Assembly: GCA_973895155.1 (NCBI GenBank)
Contig: OZ316892.1
Location: 4,112,410 to 4,176,409, forward strand
Origin: Marsupella aquatica
Taxonomy: Eukaryota > Plantae > Marchantiophyta
Length of the DNA: 64,000 bases
Direction of reading: 5' to 3'
The notes below the pieces were generated by a model that saw only the letters and a program-made list of their open reading frames with translations, was not told the DNA's origin and searched no databases. Of the stretch, positions 11,054 to 24,600 are shown piece after piece. Within the stretch, counting starts at the first letter, position 1, and each line of letters starts with the position of its first letter. The translations under genes and the position numbers were made by a program.

Positions 11054-14000
11054 CTACTCATCAATTATACCTTCCATGTAAATTTTGAGAGTTTTCAAAA
11101 CATTCTTAGAAATTGTCAAACCTCTATCCATAATATTTTGTTCTTTAGCACCTGACTTAAACCCATACATTGCAGAATTTGCAAACTGCCAACTTTGAGT
11201 AACATTGTCAAACCCAGGATCCAGCTCCCAAGTCTTAGTGGTTTGAAAGTAACGTTCATATCGAACATCATCCTTTGCATCATGCTTACCATGTTTAGGC
11301 CTCCACCATTGTACTTGGAACATAGGAGCATTCCTCTTAGGAATGCTCTCAATAGACATTGAAGAAGACCCTTCAATATGTTGCAAATCTGTTGAGGGAA
11401 CCTCATGGTTTGGATCCACACCACCCAAAGCTTGAACCTTTGCCATTTTCCTGTTCCCATTCATCCTCTGGACGTAAAAATACAAAGTGACCTTCTTGAA
11501 TATCTTGTAGAGGAATCCACCTTGCAGGTTCTTGCTCTTGTCGTGCACCAACAAAGGGTGCAGCTTGATCTTCCATCTCTTCCATGTACTCATTTTGAAG
11601 GTCCATCATCTCTGGATTTTGATAAGGTTCACTTGACGGCTGAGATGTCCCCAAAATCATCTTGTAACCTGTGCCATGGTTAGTCTTTGGCCAAAAATCA
11701 GTTGTCAATGGCAATTGTCTTTCCCCCTCCCCTTCTATTGTAAGTTCCTCGGACAGTGCTTGCACAAGATTCTTCCAATATTTGACCAGAGGAAATCTCT
11801 CTCGATATGCTGCAGAGGTCTCATCCTTACAACTTTTCTTCAAGAAATCAATATAGCGATTAAGGAATGGGATGATTTCTCCAGCCTTCTTTTGTACATC
11901 CCCAGATATAGGTTTTGCAAATGGTTGGCCTTCCGGTAAAATGAGCGCATTTGTGATGGGATTAGTTCTCCAAATGGACCTCCCCATTGCCGGAAGCCAA
12001 GGTTGCTTGACATGTGCTTTATATTGATACACTGGCACATTATCCCTCATGGAGAAAAGAAATGCCACTGGTTTTGAGTGACCTTGTATCTCTTTCACCT
12101 GGAAAGTTTTCAAATACTCCTTCTAAGATGCAACCTCTTGAATCAATCGTGGTACAGGATGAATGCTTTCACACTCCCAAACCTCAGCCATCAACCCCAA
12201 GAGGGTAGCAACCTCTTTGTATCTGACTTGTTTGGATACTTGAGAAAATAATGCATCCACGTCTTCATGGGTGTGGCCAACCATGAGGAATGACATTTGC
12301 ACAGTTTCAAACACCCCCTGCTAACAAGCTCAATGCAAAATGCCATCACATATTGATTTTTGTTATCTTTCCCTGAATTGTCCATCTGCAACGTTAGGTG
12401 CCTTGGTAAGGGCTTGAAAGAGCCCCTAGTAGTCTCAGGATCATCCTTAGAACCAACATCCACTGTGCTTGACTTTTTAGTCTCCTGACCATCTTCAATG
12501 CCTTGAAATCGAACAATTGAAATATTTTTGGGTTCCAAGTAACCGGCCAGAAATGCTTCAAAGTCTAGAAGGGACTGAAATATTGGCCTAGTTGCATTCC
12601 AATTCAATCCTTCAAGAAGGTCTCCAATTTTGTCTCCTGTGTAATCTTCCAAATCTTAGAGGCATTTGGCCAAAGATGTCACGGTAAAGTCTGCATCTCC
12701 AGGCCAAAGTCCAGTCAAACTAAAATGTGCATACACTCCAGGATCTCTTCCATGGGTTAACATCCCAGTAAGAGCAATAGGCAAAGGCTGACCACTACCA
12801 GAGAGGGATTTTGGAGTGGGGACCAACTTGGGGATCCAAGTCTTGGCTTGATCCATCTTATCATGAATAATGCAAAGATAGTTTTGAGGATCCTTCTTTG
12901 CAAGAACCCTATGAGCATAGTAAACATATCTTCTTGACATTTGTTCACGAAGATGTCGCGCTCTTTTCTCTTCAATCTCTGCACGCTCTTTTTTTCTCTT
13001 CTCCCGCATCAATTGATCTTTGAACTCAGTGCAAAACGTGCACTTAGCAAATGCACTTCCCTTGTGAAAGTCAAAATTATCAAATGAGTTTTTCCAGATG
13101 TTGTACATAGTAACTTCAGTAACCTTAGCAAACCCATCTAATTCCATCTTGGTAAACACCTCTTGGAAAATCTCCTTCTTAGTAAAACAAGATGGGAGCC
13201 GATATTCAATAGTGTCAGTGCCGTTGGACCCACCATAGGGAAGATGTGGCATTGGTTCCCCATTTTGGATTAAAATGGACTCCAACAAGGCGCGAGCGTG
13301 CAAAGTGCTTGATCGTGTCTTCCGTTGTGGAAACCAATTGTGCAACCAGCTTCGTATTGATTTTTGTAGTCATAGTACTTTGTTGTACTGAACCCATGCA
13401 TTTTAATAAATGCATCTTTACAAACCACACGTCCCTTTAGAACAAAAAATCCCTTTCTCTTGACTTGCTCCTCTCTACACCCAAAGAGACTAAAGATGTG
13501 ACTTGTTTTGTTGTCACTTGACATTCCATGGTATTCCCTCCTCATTGCCTCTAAGTCCTCCCTGCGCATGTTCAAGCAACACTTCAGCTTGCAACAACCT
13601 TCTCTTTGGATGGAATCAATGGACTCCTCGGTAATTTTCAAAAGTGCCCTCGACTCCAAATGCCTTTTCTTCTTCTCCTCAAGATCAACTTTTGTCCTCC
13701 TCATGAAATTGTATGGTTTTTTTGTAGGTTTACCATCACCATCTGAATCCGGATCGCCCTTAGTTTGACCCGACTCCATCCACTTCTCTGAAACTTCCTC
13801 AAGGATATCCCCAAGAAACCTTTGAGACAAAATCAATAGAAGGGATTTGATTTCCCACCTCACCAAGCCAGGGGTACCAACACGGATATTTGGAAATAAT
13901 CCAGGTTCATTGATATTCACAACAACAACACCAACATGATCTGCACCAAGAAGTTCATCGTCAATGGCACCTGTTTCAAATGGGACCGTGATAACACCTG

Positions 14001-14755
14001 TTGCAACCTTTCGACAATGAGAAGCGTCATACAAATCAACCTCCTCCGCCATCCAGTTGGAACGTAGTGTAAAATCTTTTAATGGAAGATCATTGAAAAT
14101 ATTTGAACTACCAAACATGCCAAAATCTCGTAGAGTGCCCTTTCTAGAAACATGCGCAACATCCCAGATAACTTAGGTATGCAAGGCCTCTTCTATTGTA
14201 TCAGCTCCAAGGTGCGAGTATGGCAATTTTTGATTTCCCTTAACAATATCAGATATTCTTATACTGATGCAACCAACCCCGAGTCTTTCAGTATGACAAA
14301 TATCCATCGGATTTGTCTTGAAAATGACTCCATTTGCAACCAACTGATCAAAAATGAACATCTGAACTTCATCTCCTTCCTTGAACACGTCCTCTTCAAC
14401 CCTTGCATCAATTTTGGATTTATCATTTCCAACATCTCCAGCCAAAGAGAAATCATCGACATTGATTCTTCGACGCTGAGTTGATGACCTCAAGTATGCC
14501 AATGCACAATCCCAAATCACGCAGGAGTCAATTGCCTCAGCCAATGTAGAAAATTTGGGTGAAGGAAATGGAAGTTGATGCGATCCATCAAAACACTTTT
14601 TGATCAATACCCCAATTTGATTATCCCCTAGATAAATGTTATGTATAGTATCCTGGGGGTCAATCTTTTGAACTATCCCAATTGCCATTTCAAATCCATC
14701 GATCACCAATGACACTTCATCCCCTCATGTAAAATTGATCATGATAGCAGACTAT
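11054..14755 (-). pseudogene. Sola-like (DUF7869-type) DDE/D transposase, ~1200 aa, with stops and frameshifts
   Basis: Consecutive minus-strand ORFs give CCKLKCC, VCKDAFIKMHGFS, FAKCTFC, IIHDKMDQ (D1), LQMDNSGKDNKN (D2) and FLMVGHTHEDVDALFS (D3). Probable splice acceptor near 14756. Confidence 0.8.
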
Positions 14756-14859
14756 CTGTATTCAAATAAAGTTAGAAATTGTTAAGTTCCCCATGTTACA
14801 ATCATGTTTCAAAATCTGGACTCTCCTCCAAAAAATATTGTAAAATCACTCAAAACCCT

Positions 14860-15240
14860 AAACACATTCAAGTTGGGTCGAACTTATTCCGACCCTCTGA
14901 CAACAATATGTCTTAAAACGATTGAATTGGCTAAACATTTACAAGTCGGGTCGGAATTATTTCGACCCTCCTCCAACAATGTCTTAAAATGATTGAATTG
15001 ACTAAACATTTACAAGTCGGGTTGGAATTATTTCGGCCCTCCTCCAACAATATGTCTTAAAATGATTGAATTTACTAAACATTGACAAGTTGGGTCAGAA
15101 TTATTTCAACCCTACTCCAACTATTAAGTTGAAATTATGTCAAAACTATTCGTGAAACTATCTTGCTTATGCTTTTATATACCAGATTAAAATGCTAGTT
15201 AAGATGACATAGTCAAGTCGACACGAAATAATTCCGACCC
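14860..15240. repeat. ~70-bp tandem repeat x4 with an internal hairpin, plus one inverted core at ~15224-15240
   Basis: Each unit holds GGGTCG(G)AATTATT(T)CGACCC; CGAAATAATTCCGACCC occurs further downstream. Confidence 0.85.
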
Positions 15241-16996
15241 ACTTCTAGAAACTATGTTAGTAATCACACAAAGGGGTACAGTAAGTTCTACACATGCTAG
15301 AGTGTGGATAAAAGTCTAGAAATGAGTAAAGTATATGATCTAGAACCTAATGTGTAAATCTTAATCTAGGTTTGGCTTAAAGGAATTGAATTAGATGCAG
15401 TTGAGCTACTACTTCTAAGATAAATAAATAAAATCACTAACTTGCTCTGCAATATATCTCTACCCACCCTTGTACAAGCTAAATGGGTACCTAGGATGCC
15501 AACATTGTAACTCTTAGCACCACAGTGCTCACCAGTGCCCTTACCAAACCTTGCATTCAACCATGCGGACCTAAACAAGGCACTCGGACAGAGGAGAGTC
15601 AGTGACCGTACCAATCACTGTCTAAATGACAATGAACCAAAAAATGGATTGTGGGAGGTCTATACTTAGTTTGAGAGGCAAAAAACCCACACATTACCCA
15701 GCACACGAGTGGACACCAACAGATTGGGCACGGGTGGATCAGGCACGCACCCAGCACACAAGTAGACATTGGATAGGGTGTCAGCCAATCACTCACGAGT
15801 GATAGGTGAGTTGCAAGCACACACCGCTGACAGCTTGGAAGTTTAAAATTGGTAGGTGAGTCGCGAGTGGTCGTGAGTGGTCACGCCATCACAGGTGACT
15901 CACGAGCACATGCAGCAAGGAGGATCTCCATCATTGGCGTGCATTGATGCCTCCGTATCCTCTCGGATCCTTGCCTCCTCAGACTCCTCACTCGCAGGGG
16001 GTATAGGAAGGCAGGCCTTGCGCTTGAGGTCTCACTTCCTTGCCTCCCTCTTGCCTCCTCTCTTTCCTCCTCTCCGGGCTCCTCTCTCGTCTCCTCACTC
16101 CTTGCCTCCCTCTTGTCTCGCTCTTGGTGTGAGATAAGGATGTTTATAAAAGAAGGGTTAACTAACCATAAATTTTAGAATTTTTACGTTTAAGATCTTA
16201 AATAATGCTGAAGAGGGACCTGAAGACTACTTTGAAGTGTTATGAGACTTTCAAGCCCATCTGAGGTCAACCCGGATTGATATTAGAGAAGGAGGATCGA
16301 CCCGGAACTTTTTGTTATAAGCCTGGAATGAGATAAAAATCTTATACCGAGACTCTACTCAACAACAGCTGTCCATTGCCAAAGTTTTTAAAACCATAAG
16401 TCAAACACAGGCACGACCACAGTCAAATCCGGATATAAGGAAGGAGAGTCGATCCGGCCTCTCACACCTCTCAAAGCCGAACTTAGTAAGTTTTGAGCTC
16501 CCGAGTGCATTAGGCTGTTTAAGCAATAGAGTGAGGAGGCTCTACCCTTTTGGTAGAGGATCTTGGGTCCGGATTATAGGACCAATCTTGCATTGCATGA
16601 TGAGAGCCTGGATATGAGGGTACTGACTGATTCGTTGTGAGGGGAATGCCTACTCCACCGCTGGAAGTGAAGGCAGGAATTTTGAGATCCTGATCGTGGA
16701 TACATCGGTTGTGAGAAGGGCGGCCAGGTCGACCCGGACATCACCATTGCAGGCCCGATTGAGTCCAGATTTTCCCCACGTTAGATGACCCTGCAGTGTG
16801 GTTGACGAAAACTTGATGCAATTCTTCCGAAACGATTTTCAGTTGATCAGAAACGCTGTGGCCAGGTCAACCCGGACATTTCTACCAGTGGTCGACATCG
16901 AAGAGATTGAATAGTCTGAAGTCGCAACATTGTAGAGCTTGCCGTAGAGGAGGCAGAACAGTTACCAAAAATCAATTTTCTGCTTCCAGAAATCCT

Positions 16997-18678
16997 ATGG
17001 AGCAAGGGGCGGATCCAGCCGGAATGTCTACTTCTCGCGTCTCTAAGGGGCATTCAACCTCAACATCACCTGCACCTACTCCGGTTAAAGCCCCTGTGAG
17101 ACGATCGAAGAGAAAGGAGGTCCCTATTGCCATGAAAATTCTGAGGCCAACTATTCCGGACAGTGAAGCTGAGAAGGTTAAACTGAGGGAGTCTTTGCTC
17201 AGGATGGGCTGTGAGTCTCTGATGGAGCTACCTTGGAGTTATCAAAGCGAAGATATGATCAGAGAGATCCGATCTAAGGAGTATCGGGCTGAGTTTAAGG
17301 ATACCTCCAGAGTCCATCACCTGAGCGATGGACTCAGATGATGATTGCAGGAGCTTTTGTATTGGAAGATGAAGGAGAAGGTCCAGTGGGGAGAGCTGTC
17401 AATCTAATCCTTCCTTACTTCAAAGGAGCCATCAACAGTAAGGACGGGTTCAATGTTTCTAAGTGTTTGGATCCTGATCTGAGACGAGTCTTCAGCTTTC
17501 TGCTACCCCTGCTGTACCCTGAGAAGCCAAGAAGAGTTACTGTTGGAGTTGGCTCTACCATTGTTGTTGCTTACAAGGGAGAAAGAAAAGTCAACTGGGC
17601 TAAGCTTATCTTTGATTTGATAAGGAAGTTGGTACAGAACCTATCCAACAAGAGTCCTACTCCCCTCTCCTGCTACCTGGTACATCTATATAGCTTTGAA
17701 GGAGTTTTGTTCAGAGAGGAGAAGAAATTACTATTGGCCAAGTACAACTTCATCAAGTATGGAGAGACAGATCCAGATATCACCCAGGCCACCTCTAATG
17801 ACAGTGAGGATGAGGAGCCAGCAAAGAAAAATCCTCGAAAGACCCGGTCTGCTGCCCGGAACCTCGATCCGGACTTTTCCGACCCGGCCTTCGTCGACCC
17901 GACTGAATTTCCGGATGCACCCGGCCATGCCTCCCTAGACACCCTAGCTGATTTCCAGATCATCTCAGACACATTCCAGAAGGTGAAGAGGAAGACCACT
18001 GTAATGGAGAAGGCCATCACTGACATTTCTCAGAAGTTAGGAGTGAAACCAGGGCAGATTCTTGAGAAGATCTCCACCATGAGTGATGCCACAGATAAGA
18101 GGAAGTTGGAGAAGGAGAATGAGTTCCTCAAGAAGAAGGTATCTGAACTCAAACAGCAGTTGGAAAGGAGTAAGAAGAAGAATGAGCTTGAGCATACTCT
18201 CCAACTCAGTATCACTCAATCTTTGGATCTGATTGAGCCTTTGACTAAGATAGCTTCTCTGGATCTTCTTAAGGCCCAAATTTATGATGAGTATTTGGCC
18301 AAGAACACCACACCCATCCTTTTCTCCAAGATTAACCATTTAGTGGTAGATGTGAGTACCAAGGTGGATGATGCACTTACAGGCCTCTCAAAGACCTGTG
18401 AAACCTTAACGGAGATGAGTGACTTGACTACTGAGGAGCTATTAGCTGATACTGAGATTCCTCCCTTTACTACCAGATCTTTCTCTCCTAGTCCTCATGA
18501 AGGAGTCTATTCCACTGGCCCCTCATCACCCCTCAACCCTCCTGGTTTCCCCACTCCCAGTACACACTTCCACTCCCATTCTTACACCTATTCTCATGAC
18601 CCAAGTGCCCATCAGGAGAACATGGATATTGACCCGTCCATCCCTTTTACCACTGGCCAGCAAGGAGTTTTCCTTTGA
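16997..18678 (+). pseudogene. Retrotransposon accessory-type ORF (~560 aa over one frameshift; coiled coil, Ser/Pro-rich tail)
   Basis: ORFs 16907-17341 and 17338-18678 abut. FLLPLLYPEKP..KVNWAKLI..PLSCYLVHLY block followed by a coiled coil; lies upstream of an LTR-like segment and PBS. Confidence 0.55.
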
Positions 18679-18959
18679 CCAGAACCCCTTGCCATGGCTA
18701 ACCCTGAGGAGGTTCCTTCCCAAAAGCTAGGACCAGAATAGAGTTATATTTAGAGAGTTAGAGCCACATTAGTTTAGACTTAGAAATATCTATATAGATT
18801 AGTATATGACTAAGTAGACTCCAATATTTTGTTGATGTATCCATTGGAGACTCTACTCCATTTTTGACTAGGATAGTTCGCTTTTATTTACATATTTATT
18901 TAGACTTGGGTTTTGAAGAGGCATGTCTTTTCATAATCTCCACTTTTAGTACAAAAGGA

Positions 18960-19760
18960 GGAGAACCCAAAGTCAACAGGGAGAGAAAACATACATTTTG
19001 ATTTCCTCATTGCCTTTGAAGGAATCTATGTCTTTTCTTCCCTTCCTTTTTACCATGGTTGAGTAAAAGGAAGAAGTTTAGCAACCCTTGAGTTGTTGTG
19101 AAGTGTTCAATGAATGCTAGAGTGTGCCTTAATGATATTGAAAGATCAATGAGATTTGTGATCAATACATTTGGAAGATTCACCAAAGAGGAAATTGACA
19201 TTTGCACAAAACCCAAACAAGCAATCTTAAGGATTGTAGGAGAAGTAAACCAATTCGAGTATCCTAGTACCGTCTTAAGCAAGACCAGAAAAGTGTCCCG
19301 AGTTGATTTACATTGTTGTCTTCTAAATTCAATAGATGGAGAAGAGTTGCTACAAAAAATCAAAAAGCATAGAAAATGTTGATTTCTGAATCTTAAATTA
19401 AGCCATAATCCTTATTGAAGGAGTGGTGATGGTCAGAAATTCAATTCCCTTGCACTTTGAAAACTCCTATCTACTCTCTCTCTAGTTTCAATTTTTGTTA
19501 ATTCTAGTCTTTATTATTGCACTGTGAATCCTAAGGATTACCCACTTGAGTTTGTGGTTAAACACTTATGTTAAGGAGATCACTAGAAATCTCTCCAACC
19601 TAAGAATGTTGGTGTAAACTTCTCAAATTGTGTTAATTCAGTCTTTTTGATTTTATCCACTCCTAACCGGAACGAAATCGAGTTGTTAAGGAGTAAATAG
19701 TCATTTATCTCTTTATCACCTTGCTACATACTACACCCATTTTGGCGCCGCTGCCGGGGA
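18960..19760 (+). mobile_element. Putative Ty3/gypsy (Athila-type) LTR-like segment ending in CA at 19739, followed by a tRNA-Asp PBS; left boundary uncertain
   Basis: CA-TTT-TGGCGCCGCTGCCGGGGA (19743-19760) has one mismatch to the complement of the plant tRNA-Asp 3' end. Purine tract at ~18953-18965. Confidence 0.6.
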
Positions 19761-19881
19761 GTAACTGAGATCGGGAGACCTGCCGCGACAGTGGATGTCA
19801 AAAGGAGATCAACAAAAACAGTCAAGAAGTAACGGCAAAAAGGTACTTGATTAAGGAAAAGAGGCTGGAACCTCCTAAGTT

Positions 19882-20769
19882 ATGGTGAGGAGAAGTCGAC
19901 CTCAAAAGAGGGAGAGAGCCCAAATCAAGTCAAGAGAGAACCAAACCCAAAATATCAAAGATGCTACTACACATTCAAGAGCAACAATTGTGAGAAGTAG
20001 TGGAGGAAGTTACTTTTGGGGAGGAGAATTGATTAAAGTTGATTCATGGGACACGAATGTTTTTCTTGATTGTTTGTTGATTTTTAGAAGATTTGTAAAT
20101 GGTAGATTCGAATTGGTGGAAGCCACTTATGATGAAAAATTTGACAAGGATTGTATTCCTGATTTATTGAGGGACCACCACATTGAAGAGGAAATCCTAG
20201 ACATAGAAATTGAAGAGGAATTAAAGGAAGCATTGGCAACATTGAAAGGAGATCAATATTGGAGAAACAAGCTTGACAATGTACTAGTGAAGTTCTATGA
20301 GAATTCAAATGTACTTCTAAACGAAGAGAAGCCTGTTGTGACTTTGGAAAGGCAAGAGTTGATAGGAACATTGGACCATTATAATAGAAACGGTTGGATT
20401 CTACTCAAATGGAAGGATTGGAGGGCAGGAAAACCCTGTTTTCAATGGAGTTCCCATTTGCCAGAAATGTTTGATTTGACCAATGTTTTAGTATTGAAGA
20501 GACTTTGGATTGATGATGGTGAGTATAAGTTATTACCCATCAAGGAGGAGAATGATTTTGAATTTCTGTTAAAGAAGCACAAGCACCATACTATTTGGGC
20601 GTCTGAAACAGAGGAAATCAAAATCAAGGAGACGTTAGCCGTATTACATGAGATTAGTGAACCTTGGGTAGATACACTTGATTTCCTAGAAAATCTATTG
20701 AATGGATATAGGACGTTAGTAGAGCAAGTGGTGTTGAATAATGGATTCTTCCAAGTAGATTTAAATTGA
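19882..20769 (+). CDS. Unknown 295-aa ORF just downstream of the Athila-type PBS (retroelement 5' extra ORF?)
   Basis: Uninterrupted ORF in AT-rich DNA; no family recognised. Confidence 0.45.
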   Translation: MVRRSRPQKRERAQIKSRENQTQNIKDATTHSRATIVRSSGGSYFWGGELIKVDSWDTNVFLDCLLIFRRFVNGRFELVEATYDEKFDKDCIPDLLRDHHIEEEILDIEIEEELKEALATLKGDQYWRNKLDNVLVKFYENSNVLLNEEKPVVTLERQELIGTLDHYNRNGWILLKWKDWRAGKPCFQWSSHLPEMFDLTNVLVLKRLWIDDGEYKLLPIKEENDFEFLLKKHKHHTIWASETEEIKIKETLAVLHEISEPWVDTLDFLENLLNGYRTLVEQVVLNNGFFQVDLN

Positions 20770-21327
20770 TACCCCAAAATGCCGAGACCCCAACCAAGAT
20801 CACTTGGTAGTTTTAGAGTTCAAAACATTAGGGATTCTTATTTGCGAACGAGAGTACTCAGTCTAAGAGGTAGACGAGGGATTCACTGGTTATCAATCAC
20901 GTGGTGGGAAGGAGATCTCCTACATTTAGTAATTCTCAAACTGAACGGAAGGATCAGTGGAGAAAGATACATTGTTATTTCAATTTCAGAATTGGCCAGA
21001 GACCTCATGACCAGGAGGAATGATAGGAGAAGAGATCAGCAGTAAGAAGATTGTCTTTTTGGAAGAGGAAAAAGGGAGAAGAAGAGACCCGGACCAATGT
21101 CCAACCCGGACCCGGACATTTGTCCAGGTAGGCCATTGTCCGACCCGGATCAGAAGCCGGGTCTGAACCGTCGTACCCAAAAGGCACCCGGAAACTCAAG
21201 AGTAGGAGGTAAACGTCGTGACCTAGGGAACCTCAGGGTGGACCCTCGGCAAGAAAAAGAGGAGTATGTCCAGGAATCTCATGAGGATCGATTCATTCAA
21301 TTATTCCAATCAGATTTATGAGTTGGT

Positions 21328-21610
21328 ATGTCAAACAAAGGAAAGTCAAATTGGAGAAAGAAGAGTAACGTTGACTCTGAGGACGAATCATCAGGAGTGA
21401 CATCAGTGCAGCCACGACAATTATTTCCTGATTCACCACCTGTTGGGATCGTTTCTGATCGACTAACGGAACTCCAAGATCGATACGGAAAAGGGAGTAT
21501 TGAAAACCCTACCTCCAGTCGTCCAACCTACATTAATTTAAGATCTGGACCTAAATTGGTACCACCAACCCAGATTGGTAGGGGATATATACCCACGGGA
21601 AGAGGATGTC
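21328..21610 (+). pseudogene. Possible truncated gypsy gag N-terminus
   Basis: Low-complexity start with an INLRSG motif, downstream of the PBS; ends abruptly. Confidence 0.3.
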
Positions 21611-21699
21611 AAAAGTCTACAAGTTTAGACAGATTGAAGACCACATGTCAATGTTAAAAATATGATGTTGACCATTTTGTTTTCAATGTTTCTTACCAG

Positions 21700-24600
21700 A
21701 AAAAAATCTTGAGAAGCCGGAGTTAAATATTATGGATGAGGATATCAAGGACTTTGTTTTCCCTGACCAAGATACTCCAGGATTTAGATGGGCACTAGAA
21801 GTTGGGGTGTCGGCGAAAGGCAGTCTCTTGATTTGTTTCAAGGGCCTCACAAGTCAATTGAATGACCGCAAGACAATTGTTACTCTAGGTCTAGTCGTCC
21901 TTGTGAACACGGACAACAACCGCAATGCAACAATTATTGTTGAGTCCAATGAGAAATCTCAGTGGATGAGACTTCTGGTGCCAATAAAACTCTACTCGAC
22001 TTTACTGAATGTTGAGTGGATGGCTTGATTGGAGATAAGCGTAGCTGATATGGGATTCTTCCCAGATGGAGTAACAATTGATCAGATGTTTGAGAAGACG
22101 CATTCTCAAATAAGTGGAGTTGACCTAGTGTTTGGATTTCTCTACGTAAAGAAGCACATGCATGACAATGCGGACAGTGTGGACCCTCCGTCTACTTGGA
22201 TAGTTGAAAGGATGATTGAGAAGGCACATTTTTCATACGAGCAAGCAATCGACAAGAGTTTCATTTTTTGTCCAGAGTTTCAAGAGGCCGCATGCCGGAC
22301 GTGGATTTCAGAGATGAAGAAAAAAGAAGCAAAGCATAAGGCAAAGGAGAGAAAGAAGACAATGGAAAGAAGCGCGCAATCAAAGACAGAGAAGAAATGA
22401 AAGCTTCGAGAGCCGGTTGTTCAACAAGAGAAACAATATGGGAGTTCACGCCGTAAGAAGATGGCTTAAAAAAATGAAGATGATGAGGGCCCCCAAAAAA
22501 AGCAGACAAAGAAGGCAAAGGTTGCAAAATCAAAACCAATGTCAGCGTCGACTTCAAACTTTGTCTTGCATCCAGAGGATGATATGTGTCCGACAGAAGG
22601 ACCCAAAGAAGATGATGTGCTCAAAGGCCAAGAGGTTTTGCGTAATATTGAGCAGTATTATACTTTTGGCATCCGCAAAGTTTTTGATATTCCTGTAAAA
22701 AGTATTATTCCGCCATCGGCCATTTTTGTATATCGAATGTTCAATCTTTTGCATGCAATGGAGATATCAAAGTCTATGATGAAAAACCCTGGATAGGAAC
22801 CATAAGTTGCTGATTTGATTCTGTATCACGAGAGCACTAAATAGTTGCTTCTTATGACAACACACCTCAAGATAGGAAAGAGTTTTTGATTGGTGTGAAG
22901 AAGCATGAGATCCAATTCCTTGCCATCAGTGGCCAGCATTCTGCAAGAGCTGCCCAATGGATCCAAGGGGGGGCCGAGACTGACGCCAAGCTGACAGATC
23001 TTGCCAACAAACTAAAGTATAGGAAAGCAAGGATCCTATCTGACCTCACTCCGAAGACAATTTTGGTTGAGCATTCAAGTTTATCGAATGCTGTCAATGA
23101 TACTATGCAATTTAAGTCTTGTTTTTTAGAGACTATTGTTCATGCACGAAGGCAGTTTGAGGAGTGCGGGAAACCGCCGCGTCCAAGGATTGGGACCAAT
23201 CAAAATACAGACAGGAAAAACTATCAGGTACATGTTGGAGCAACACAAACTATTCTTGATCCGCTTTGTTTAAAGATTGTCAGTGGTAGAGGTTTGCCTG
23301 GCCCCAAGGGCGAGACTGCCTTGTCTTGTTTTCCTTGGTTAGAAGATTAAAGCAAATGTTTGCCTCGCCCTCAGGGCAAGGTAACCTAGACTAGTCTCTC
23401 TAAGAATAATTCCCTAGTTCCATTTCAGTCAATTGCGGTTAGATGTAGAGGTTCGCCATGCCCTTGGGGCGAGGCGGCTTAGCCTGTTTCAAACATAGGT
23501 ATAAATTTTCTAATATATGCATTGTACCCTGAAACTAATGTCAAGTCCATTGGATATGCAGGATTGGTTTGCCCTTGCAAAGGTTACAATGGGGAAGTCA
23601 AGCCTAAAGAGCATTTATTGGTTACTTTTTGCCGAAGATGAGCTCTTTGAATTATGGCGGAATGTGTGTGCAAAATGGTTGAGTGGGAAGCTCCAAGATG
23701 GGGCTGGTGGGTATGGAGGGCCAAGACCCCCAAAATTGATCACTCCCGGTACCTTCGATGCTTTGAAGGAGAGATTAGTAGCAAACAGATAATTGAGATC
23801 TTGAAGGACGTTGAAGAGGAGCGTGCCTTGCTGAAGAAGGATATCACCAACAAATCAGAGCTTGTCGCAATGGGAGACTTGGCCCTTACAATCAAGATAA
23901 TGTCCAAATTGAGAACAGTCATTATTGGCTATTTCATGGAAAAGTATCGTGAGAAGTTTCCTGTTGGCACATCTTGGGAGTCTCTGGTGATATTGTTGCC
24001 TTCCTTGAAATCTGAGCTTGAGATGACAAAATTGAGGAGAGCAGCGGGTGAGGTTTACCTCAACAATTCATTGAAGAAGAATGTGGTCAAGGAGAGTTTC
24101 CCACAAAGTCGGATGGTCAGACTAGATGGGGTGTATTGTAAAGAATTTGGTGGGATTGGTCGTTCTCGCACGGAGCCTTTCTTGACATTTTTTAGTGATA
24201 ATTTGATGAAGACGACCGTGCCGGAAATGCTACAAGAGCCTTCGCCTTTGTGTCCTCTTGCCATTGTTGACTTCAGTAGGCTCCGACAACATGTTTGGAC
24301 CGATGCTGAAATTATTGCATTACTACAATACATTGTGGATCTTCCAAGAAATCCAACAATTGTTGTTGTCATGACTGTGCATCCGGGGCCACTTGCTACA
24401 AACATTTTGAGTGCCCTTACGAAATTGCAACATGAAAAGGGAATGGACATCCACGTTGACTACGGGAGCTATCGACGGAGTGATACACCAGTTCCAGAGG
24501 GCTTACTTTTCAGTTGTGGTATGGAGGAGATAATCTTTGAAGGAATCACCACTGAGGAGAAATTTGATTGGAAGCAAGTGTTCAGGCCTGGATTTAATTG

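Noticed and set aside
14860-15120. CRISPR-like array of palindromic repeats
   Set aside because: The intervening sequences are near-identical rather than unique spacers; there are no cas genes and the context is eukaryotic.
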